Below are positions 51,866 to 64,000 of a DNA stretch of 64,000 nt, piece by piece; positions within the stretch are counted from its first letter, which is position 1, and every line of letters starts with the position of its first letter. The position numbers and the translations under genes were made by a program. This DNA comes from Eledone cirrhosa (taxonomy: Eukaryota), in NCBI GenBank assembly GCA_964016885.1, contig OZ024742.1, forward strand, positions 108,686,001 through 108,750,000. Direction: 5' to 3'. The notes under the pieces were generated by a model. The model had not been told where the DNA came from, made no database searches, and saw only the letters and a list, made by a program, of their open reading frames with translations.

Positions 51866-54839
51866 TAGAAAAGATGAATATAAAATGAAAGTGCTTTTTT
51901 TTAAAAAGGAATTTATTAGGTATTGACATATGTTTCTGTAACAGACGGAATACCTATGTATCGCTGCTTGCGTAATCATATAATTGTTTCTACTTTAGGC
52001 ACAAGGCCAGCAATCACCCAGTGCATTACTGGTACTTTATTTTATCGACCCCGTAAGGATGAAAGGCAAAGTCAACCTCGGCTGGATTTGAACTCAGATC
52101 ATAAAGGGACGTAACTATGCTGGAAAGCATGGCGTCCGACCCTCTACCGATACTCCCAATCCACCGAATGTTAGCAAGTATTCGATAGCAAATGTATAAT
52201 CAGTTGTCACTTCTTCAGAGATATTGGATAAATTGGAAAAAATCAGAAAAATTGAAGTATTTATATTAGTTGTAATAAAGGAAGAGAGGGGATAGTATAT
52301 GACAGATGGCAATTCAATTTACTGGTAAACAAGTATATAAAGGATTTCTAATGAGAATACAATGAGTATATGGTTTATTTTATCTAAATAAGAATTTTTG
52401 GGAGTGCCTATTTTAATCTATACTTGACCAATTGAACAATGGACAGGGCTGGTCGTTTGGTGTAGTAGTATTAATTATAAAGTGTTAATTAAGGAAGAGG
52501 GAGATTTTCACTGCTACTGAATAACAACAATGCTGGTAGCCTGCTGGTATATGCATTAGGGAATTAAATTAAGAAATCTCATTTTATCTATAGCAGTTTA
52601 TATTAAATGGTAAAGAATAGAAGAGTTGATAGAATTAAGACTAATAGAGAATGTTAATATGTATTTTGACAATCAAACGGAGATGGAGACAGGCGTTCAA
52701 TCCTGGTAGTGTTTGTAATATGAAAATGTAGATTTTAAGCGATGGTTACACTATAACGATCGCTCTATTCTGTTATTTAATCAAATATTTTTGGATTTCA
52801 TAATACAAAATAATTCCATATTACACAATTTACAAAATTCTTGTCCGTGGTATATGGAGGGGTAGTGTTATTATATCCCATTTTAGGTTAAATTGTTGGT
52901 TATTTTCGCGCAGCTGCCAAGCCTTGTCTGCGAGTGTTGTTACATAACGCTGGTTTTCATGTTTTATCGAGTAACGATGTCTATAAAGGCGAGATTTGAA
53001 GGAGGTGGCTGTAGACCCCACATAGTACCACTTCTGGCTATCCGATTCGATAGTACATTTATATATGATGTTGCGTTCAAGACACTAATTGTTCAACGGA
53101 CACGTTCCTGGTTGGACACAGTTACAGTTATAATTTTGCGTTGTTGTATTGGCATGGATGGGTTGATGAGGTTGCTTAGGCAGGACGGGATGTTTTTTTT
53201 GTTGTTTTGTGATGTTATAGCTGATGTTTTACGTGTATTGTTATGTGTTGGAAGGCGTTTATACAACCGTTTTGCGTTAAGCTTTTTTATATGTTGTTCA
53301 ATATTAGGGGCGGTTGAATATGAAAGTCGAATAGTGTTAGGGTTTAAGATTTTATTATATTTATGTGATGTTGGAAAGTGTTTTTTAACTAATCGAAAGA
53401 ATTGTGAGGGTAGATTGGTTTTAATAGAGTTGTTATAGACCGGGTTGTACCATATATACTCTTTACATCGTCTTCTATTTGGTGGTGTGCGACTATTAGT
53501 GTGTCTATTGCGGTAGTGTATGTATGGTGGTGATGCTATGCTATTTCTACCTCTATGAGATTTATGTTGGGTGTTTTGGTGATCGTCGACTATATACTCT
53601 ATATTATCTAGGTGTCCAGCCTTCCTAAGTGCATCATCATAATATTCGGCATGTTCTTTGAAGGTTTGCTGGTTGGACGACAGGCGGGAGATTCTAAGGG
53701 AAATATTTCTAGGGATGGATTTAATAATAGAGGGTGGATGGTTAGAACTCGTATTTACATATTGAAGGTTCTCATTTAGTTTATGGAACGGTTTAATCGT
53801 TTCTGTATTGAGATTCAAAGTAACATCAAGGAAATTAACCTCTTTGAGGTTATATTCAAATGTAATATTTAATCCTAGTTCCTTAAAAAGCTTTCTGATA
53901 TTGTTACGCATCCTTTCTAAATTCTGGTTATTCATATGTTTAACTAATAGGAGCGCATCGTCACGGTAGATTCCACCGTGGAGATCCTTGAATTTTCCTT
54001 GTAGTCTGTGGGTGATATAAATTCCCACAAGATCAGTTACTTCCGCCGAATCATTGGAACCCATAGTAATATAAAAATTAGAAGGTCTATCTTTGCGAAC
54101 CCAGTAGCTATCATCAAATTTAACAATAGTTTTCCTCGCTTCCATAATAATATTAATTTCAGCATCCGTAAGGTCGGAATTAGCCTTAGCGAACGAAAGA
54201 GCTTCATGTAGAGTATCAGGTGAAATTGAGGAATAATATTCATCAATATCGAACTGAATAAATTTTGAATTTTTTTCTTATCAGTAATGCTATTAAACCA
54301 TCTTATTGTCTCATGGGTGTTACCCCATAGTTTAATATCTACTTTAGCCTTAACTTGGGGGATAATTCTGTCTAGTATATATTTGCTAATTTTGCCTATA
54401 TCAGATTTAGAGGGGCATATAAGTCTAATTTTAGGGTCAGTATCGAAGTTTACCTTGTGGTCCTTCAGGTTGAAGGATGGTGTAGCTGGTGTTAAGGATT
54501 GCGTTCTATCGTCAATACAAAGTTTTTTAACAATTTCACATGCCGAGTTGTTGATGTTTTTAAGTGTAGCTTCATTAGTTTTCTTGTATTTTTTATGCAA
54601 TTCCTTACGGATGAAGTTATTGTAAGTGTCCACATCCATGGTATATACGTTTGATGTTTTGTCTGCTCTAACAATAATTCCATTGGCGTTTTTTAGATTA
54701 TTGAGCAGTGCCGTGATGTCATTCTGTAGTTTATTGTTTTTCTGTTTTGTAAATTCGATCTCCATGATCATATCCATTAGGTCTTGTTCAAATGCATCCA
54801 AAAGTGGGTTTGAGAGTGGATTTTTGTAAGATTTAAATC

Positions 54840-54845
<6 letters not shown>
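51866..54845 (-). mobile_element. Penelope-like element, Naiad-type, long copy (RT plus GIY-YIG), frameshifted; (TA)n at both ends
   Basis: GFKS, ADKTSNVY, LKDHK..IRLICPSKSDIGKISK, ITMGSNDSAEV, GIYRDD, VNFLDVTLNL, SNHPP, GIY-YIG at about 52700-53130; same family as 49002-50972. Confidence 0.92.
51983..52166 (-). mobile_element. tRNA-derived SINE, short form, nested in the stem II insert of the Penelope hammerhead
   Basis: The empty site CATATAATGTTAGC is visible at about 49114-49127. Confidence 0.92.
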
Positions 54846-54882
<37 letters not shown>

Positions 54883-54980
54883 GTATTTGAAAAGTAAATA
54901 ACAACAAGGTGTACAGTTACGAAAGGTGTTAGATATCAGATTCACACTTCAGAGGGGGGGGTATATATATATATATATGT

Positions 54981-55078
<98 letters not shown>

Positions 55079-55261
55079 AGGTTGTGAACTCGATTCCTGA
55101 ACCGGGCGATGCGTTATGTCCTTGAGCAAGACACTTTATTTCACGTTGCTCCTTCTACCTGAAGTTGTGACCGATAGATAGTACTAGCAACTGGAAAGAC
55201 CAACGGAAACATTGTTTCCTCGGTCCGATTTGACGAAAGTCAATCGATATATATATATATA

Positions 55262-57840
55262 TCAATAATATTAATAAATGGAAACTATCTTTCTAAAACC
55301 ATATTTATTTTATTATATATATATTTGAAGGGTACCAAAATTTTTGGTACGTTCTCATCAGATAAAATACAAAAGTTGTTTTACAGGATAGTGACATATT
55401 CAAAACTAGAACTTAGCGTTTTGAGTTCTGTTTGAATAGTGAAAAAGAATTTCGAATCATAGGATGAATATGCTAATGAGGATAACGTTAAAATTGAAAA
55501 AGATCGTTATGTTTAGACGCTAAGTAAATTTAAATAATTATGAGGATTATTTTTTAAAGGAAGAGGAAATTGAGGTTATTATTAGGCTGGAAGGAATTTA
55601 AGGAAAGAATATAAGAAAAAAATATATTAGAGTTAATAATAGACTATTAATATTAATATATGTATATAATTGTATGGGGTATATTTGTGAGGGTGTAGAG
55701 AGAGTGAAATAATTATATTTATTTTTATTTATTTTATTATTTAATTATATATTTTGGGAGTATCTATAATATCATGTGAGAATTATAAATGTGTTAAAGT
55801 GAAAGAATATTAATTTAAAATATGGGAGATATATTGTATTCATATATACGATTGGGTCTATTCTATTGGTGTGTTTTAATATTATAAAGATAGTATTTAT
55901 ATGTATATTTTATGAAGATTAGAGTTATAAGTATATTTTATTTTATTATATTTCTTCGGGTTAGTTATATATATATAAATAATTTTGGTGAGTATATATG
56001 TTGTTTATTTAATAGATAGATAATTTATATATTTTTTATATATGAAGAGTTATGATGTTTTTTTTTTATATTTTCAATATATAGTTTAAGAAAATGGAAG
56101 TAGTTCTATTTTAGTATAGAAGATATACACTATTTTGAATATTCAATAGTTGCATCAAGATAGGAATAAATTTACGAAATTTTAATAAATTTTAAGATTT
56201 ATGTAAAGTTTACCTGTTACTTAGAAACAATGAGTTTCATTTCAAAAGAAAAGATAACTCTAATATTTCTTAGTTTAGAGAGTTAAGTTATATTTACCGT
56301 TTATTCTAGAATTTACTTCAAAATGATATTCTAATTATGATATATGGAAAAATTAATTTATATATAATTTTATAGTATCATATATTACATATTTTCTAAG
56401 ATAAAAATGTTTGTATGTATTTTGATAACATAATTTATATCTATGCATAAGTTTAATGGTATTAAGTATTTGTATGTATGGATTTACAATGCCTATAGAG
56501 TCTATTAGGAAAAAATTCAACAGACATCCAAAGTATATTCGAAAATATTATCAAAAGCATCACAAAAAAATACATTCAAAAATATCATTTGAAAATATCA
56601 CAAAAACAACCAACAAAGCACGACGAAGACATAAAATGTAAACAGGTGAGATATAGAGGCTATAAATAATATTTTCTATAGATTATAGATACTTCCAAAA
56701 GTCTTAGACTGACGATGCATGCAAGAGTTAAATAATTCTTTCTTTTTGTTTATAGCGTTTTTTTTTTTTTTGATTGGTAATTATGTGAAATATTTCTTCA
56801 ATACACAAATGACAAATTCTTGAGAGTGCCATATTTCGGTATGCGGGCGCTTTCAGAATCGTTCTCTAAGAGATTGAATAGTCAATATTATTGTCTTTTA
56901 AGTACCAAATTAGATGTGAAAGGGATGTTGAGAATTTTTTGTCCGATCTATTAAATGTGTGTTTGTGATTATACAGCGTTCCTTAAATTTTGTAGAAGTG
57001 GCTCTTATATAGTTAAATAATTTATCTCAAGTTTTTACTGTGCATTTGTATACTAAGTTTTTATCTAGACAATTATTCTGTAAAGGGAAACTTAATTTGT
57101 TTCTACAGTTACGTTTTCTAGAGTTGTTGTCTATAGGAACGGTATGATTATTATTAGTATTGTTATTAGTAATATTATTATTGCTATTATGGTTTATTTG
57201 GGTTGGGTTTAATTTTAAGTTTCTATTATTAATTCTATTAATATTTTGTGCTATGTTCATAGTAGTAGAGTAAGATAGTTTCATAGTATGCCTGTTAAAA
57301 ATAGAGCGGTATCTATGGGATTTAGGAAAACACATATCTAATGCTTTGAAAAATATGTTTGCTAAAGGTGTTTTAATTCCTAATGAGATTGGAGGAGAGT
57401 ACCAAATAATATTTCTAGTTCTAGATGAGGGCGGTGGATTGGCAGTATCGGTAGAGAGTCGGACGCCATGCTTTGCAGCAAAGAGTTACGGCCCTTTATG
57501 ATCTGAGTTCAAATCCCGCCGAGGTTAACTTTGCCTTTCATCCTCACGGGGTCGATAAAATAAAGTACCAGTCACGCACTGGGGTCGATTTAATCGACTT
57601 TCCCCTTCCCAAATCACTGGCCTTGTGCCTATATAAGAAACCAATATTTCTAGTTCTAGTTGTTTTATTTGATTTACTATTTAGGTTAATTTGCTTATTA
57701 TTAATATTATAGTAAATTTTAGGATGATTTTGCATGCTATCATTATCTATGTATTTAATTTTATTCATGTAACCAGCTCTATGTAAAGCATCATTGTAAT
57801 ATTCTGCCTTATTATCAAATATATTTTTATTGGCTGAAAT
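55262..57840 (-). mobile_element. Penelope-like element, Naiad-type, 5'-truncated, decayed; hammerhead at 55307-55368 (G12C)
   Basis: YRSIFNRHTMKLSYSTTMN..NCRNKLSFPLQNNCLDKNLVYKCTV; terminus shared with 5996-6100 and 46741-46840. Confidence 0.85.
57429..57642 (+). mobile_element. tRNA-derived SINE, long form
   Basis: TSD AATATTTCTAGTTCTAG. Confidence 0.92.
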
Positions 57841-57842
57841 GC

Positions 57843-57895
<53 letters not shown>

Positions 57896-57986
57896 CATAC
57901 TTTGGGAGGGTCACGTTTTCAGATAACAAATATCGCAAAACAAATTCAAAAACGAATTATATATATATATATGTGGGGGGGGGAGG

Positions 57987-58053
<67 letters not shown>

Positions 58054-58801
58054 CAAATGCCTTCGGCATGCCGGATGTCGAAACGATTTTCCCACAACTC
58101 CATCAAGAGTTAAGGGTCGATTCTCTGTCATTATTTCTGGTGTTGTGTCACTGTCAGAAATCAATATAACAAAAGCAGTGCTAGGCATGGGGGATGGTAG
58201 AGACGATAAGACGATTAAAAACAAAAATAGATACAGCTCGGTATTGTAATAAATTCAGAGACATTAAAATTGAGACAACCGACAATAGAATAGAGAGGAA
58301 GAAAGAGAAGAACACGTAGTAATCAAAAGAGTGGCTATGATTGGAGACATAAGAGGATATGTTGATCGACCTCCGTTGGTTACGACGATGAGTATTCCAG
58401 ATGTTTGATGAACTATAGTTGTGGCTGTTTTTGTTGTTGTTTAATCTCAAGTTATCATTGATCTAACAGACCCTTGATAAATGGCGCTCAAGTCGTGACC
58501 ATCCTGTCTTTCTGGATATATCAGGGACTAGATTTTTCAATGTACCTTTCCTGTTTTAAGACTGTAAAATCAATCGTGTTGGACTTTCATCAGTTCCGAC
58601 TACGAATGTTCCAGTGGATGTGATCAACAGAACAATTTGCTCGTGAAATTAACAGGTAAGTGACTGATCACTCCACAGACAGGCGTGTGCTTAACGTGGT
58701 TCTGAACTCGAGTACAATTCATTTTTGCCAAAAATCTGTAACCTTAAAAATAGTTATTATATCTGAGAGAGAGCGGTCTTGTTTTTATTATTTCTCTAGG
58801 G

Positions 58802-60118
58802 CCCGCCGAGGTTGACTTTACCTTTCATCCTTACGGGGTCGAAAAAAATAAAGTACCAGTAATGCACTGGGTAATTGCTGGCCTTGTGTCAAAAGTAGAT
58901 ACAATTATTTCTGTAGCGCGTATGGGCAGTGGATTCGCAGTATCGGTAGGGTGTTGGACAACATGCTTCGTGGCATAGAATCACGTCCCTGTACGTTGTG
59001 AGTTTAAATCCCGCCGAGGCTCACTTTACCTTTCATCTTCACGAGGTCGATGAAATAAAGTACCAGTCACGCACTGGGGTCGATTTAATCGACTTTCCCT
59101 CCCCTAAAAATTATTGGTCTTGTGCCTAAATCAGAAATCATTATTTTTGTAGGGGGCATTGGATTGGCAGTACCGGATTGTGGCATAGAGTTATGTCCCT
59201 TTACATTCAAATCCCGTCGAAGTTAGCTTTGCCTTAAATCCTTATGGGTTCGATAAAATAAAGTACTAGTAATGCAGTTTAATCGACATTCCCTAATCCA
59301 CCCCCAAAGAAAACTGTTGGTTGTATACCTAAATCAGAAACCATTATTGTTGTTGTCATTTATCTCCAGTCGTGACCCTCCTGTCGTCTTAGTACAAGGA
59401 ACTCGAGACCACATTATCTAATATGTGTCTTTTTAAGAAGGCTGGGTTGTTATTAAAGGTAGAACATTGACAAAGAGCCAGAAATTTAGGGGAAGGATAA
59501 TGTCCTCAGTACTTATTTTGTCGACTCCGAAGGGATGAAAGACAAAGTTGATCTCAGTTTGAATTCAAAACGTAGAAAGTTGTAATTAAATGCTGCTAAG
59601 CACATGTCCAACGATCTATCGATACTGCAAATCCATCGCTCTTACTTTCAGGATAATGATTATGATTTCTGATTTAAGCAGAAGGACAACAATTTTGTGT
59701 GTGTGTGGGGAGGGGTTCAATTAAATCGACCACAGTGCGTTACTGGCGCTCTATTTTTCAAATCCCGTAAGGATAAAAGGCTAAGCTAACCTCGACGGAA
59801 TTTGAATGCAAAACGTAAAGGGACGTAACTATATGCCACAAAGCATGTTACCCAATGTTCTACAGATACTGCCAATCCACTGCCCTTATCTTCAGGAAAA
59901 TTATAATTCTTTGTAATATTGACACAAAGCCAGCAATTTTGGAGAAGAGAAAAGTTGATTATATCGACCCTAGTTCTTAACTGGTACTTTACTTTATGGA
60001 CCACGGAAGGATGGTGGGTAACGTTGACCACGACAGGATTTGAAATGAGATCGTCAGGAGCTGGAAAAAATACCGCAAAGCATATTGTCCGAGGCTTTAA
60101 CAATGCACCCAATCCGTG
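58802..60118. mobile_element. Cluster of six copies of the same SINE family (three on +, then three on -)
   Basis: + copies 58802-58906, 58924-59141, 59153-59345; - copies about 59468-59640, 59663-59885, 59908-60118. Confidence 0.8.
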
Positions 60119-61530
60119 ACCCTTTTTTGTGGTGGAGATGAATTTTAAAAACAACTACCATTCTGTAATGAAACAGTGATCGATATAGATATTGTCGTTG
60201 TTGGACCTCCATCGGCTCGAGAAATTAACGTGCAAGTGGTTAAGATTTCCATATACTCGAATACCCTTAACAGAGTTCTCTGTGAGATAGATTGTGACAC
60301 AGGGTGTAACGAGACTGGTAACTTTTCATTGCAGGTACAACTCGTTGTTCCAGCTAAGCGGACTGGAGCAACGTGAAATAAAGTGTTTGCTCAAGGAAAA
60401 TACACGCCAGCGGGAATCGAATTCGGGATAATGGCCCGAACACCCTAACCCCTAAACCACATGCCTTCACTGATCTATATTAATAGCATTTTAAATAACT
60501 AATTTAACCAGATCTAACGAAACAATATTCTTATTCAACTGAACTAAAAAGAACTGCAAAAAACTACAAGTGTCACTCGCAATCGAGTATGACTTGTTAG
60601 TATGTACAATGCTTTCGCTTAGTCACGAGTCATGAGTAGATACTGACACCCTGTCAATACTATTTCCTTTGATCCAGTGGGACATCTAGGATATGGAAGC
60701 TGGAAGGAGAGAAGACTGCACCAACACTGGGTTGGTTACCTTCTTTATCGAATCCGAAAGTATGAAAGGAAAAGTGGACTTCGGCGAGTTTTGAACTTAA
60801 AAGAAAGAGACTCGGGACAATTCTAAATCTACCACCTTATGTGAACTAATGGAATGGACTTCCGTCGGTTTCGGCGATGAGTGTTTCATTAGTTCGATCA
60901 ACAGAATAGGCTAACAGTGAAATTAACGTGTAAGTGCCTGAGAATTCCACACAAATGAGTATCTTTAACGATATTCTCAGAAACATTCAGTGCGACAGAG
61001 TATGACAAGACTGGCTATTTGAATTACTGGTAGAATCTATCTGAAGGAGTTGCATACAGTTTTCGTCAACCAAATTTCACTCACAATGCTTGAGTCGACC
61101 TGAGGCTATAGTCAATGACACTTACTCAGAAACCACGCTATGGAATCAAACCTGAGGCCTTACAATTGCAGAACTAATTTCTTAACTAGTTGGCAATGCT
61201 GAGCTAATAAAAGGTCTATAAATAGATCATAATCTGAATACAAGTAAGAATACAGAAACCACAGAAGCAATGTTTCTCTCCCACAAGGTAAACATTTCAA
61301 TAGAAATGTTGTTGCTGATATCTTCTTTGATTGTAATGTTAAGATTGTATTATTTTCTTAAAGCGTTCCATTACCATGTATAAAAGTTGGATGGAAATGT
61401 CTATGGAGTTGTTTATAACACATTCCATTACACCATTTATAAAGTTATGTTCTTCGACTTCTAGAGAGAGTTGAACAATGGGTGTCCAGCGTTTTATTGA
61501 TTCAGATGGTCGTTTGTAGAGACAATGTAA

Positions 61531-61623
<93 letters not shown>

Positions 61624-61769
61624 AAAGTACAGCATATTCGAAGCTCGAGCCGCAGCTAAGCCAACGAATGCCTTCAGCAGTGCAGCCAAGCACTCTACAA
61701 GCTATAGACCTCAGAGTAATAACATACAGTTTAAAGGGATTTGTAAATAGTCTCCAATAAAAACACCTG

Positions 61770-63875
<2,106 letters not shown>

Positions 63876-64000
63876 ACATTTTTCGTTCTACATGGCTGAA
63901 TATAATAAATGTAATCTGAGTTTTTCGAATATTAATAATATTCGATTCGTTTGCAATTATGCAAACAACCCTCATTCTACTGACATGGCTTTAAAAATGA

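Noticed and set aside
57027-57029. In-frame TGA in a Naiad-type endonuclease as possible selenocysteine (known in some Naiads)
   Set aside because: It aligns to a non-Cys position (N in the 34061 copy), the copy has other lesions, and the conserved Cys positions of the better-preserved copy are ordinary Cys codons

Overview
AT-rich animal genomic DNA, most likely a coleoid cephalopod such as Octopus (inferred from the SINE families and the extreme microsatellite load). No host gene can be called with confidence. The window is a mosaic of microsatellites, and each type is occupied by its own class of non-LTR retroelement. An intact Dong/R4-type RLE LINE (1130 aa ORF) sits in (TAA)n. Five copies of a Tx1-type LINE are all bounded by (GATA)n-type repeats. 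Penelope-like elements (Naiad-type and Neptune-type GIY-YIG) end at (TA)n. There are also RTE fragments, a bipartite RTE-derived element and about 19 copies of a tRNA-derived SINE. Reading both strands by eye gives about 20 type I hammerhead ribozyme motifs in the Penelope-associated repeats. Six of them, from four repeat families, carry a compensatory U3-A8 catalytic core (UUGANAA) instead of the canonical C3-G8 (CUGANGA). Many lie in fold-back insertions, several of which break just 5' of the hammerhead GAAA. One non-coding element with two hammerheads resembles a retrozyme. All RNA structures were folded by eye and are untested.
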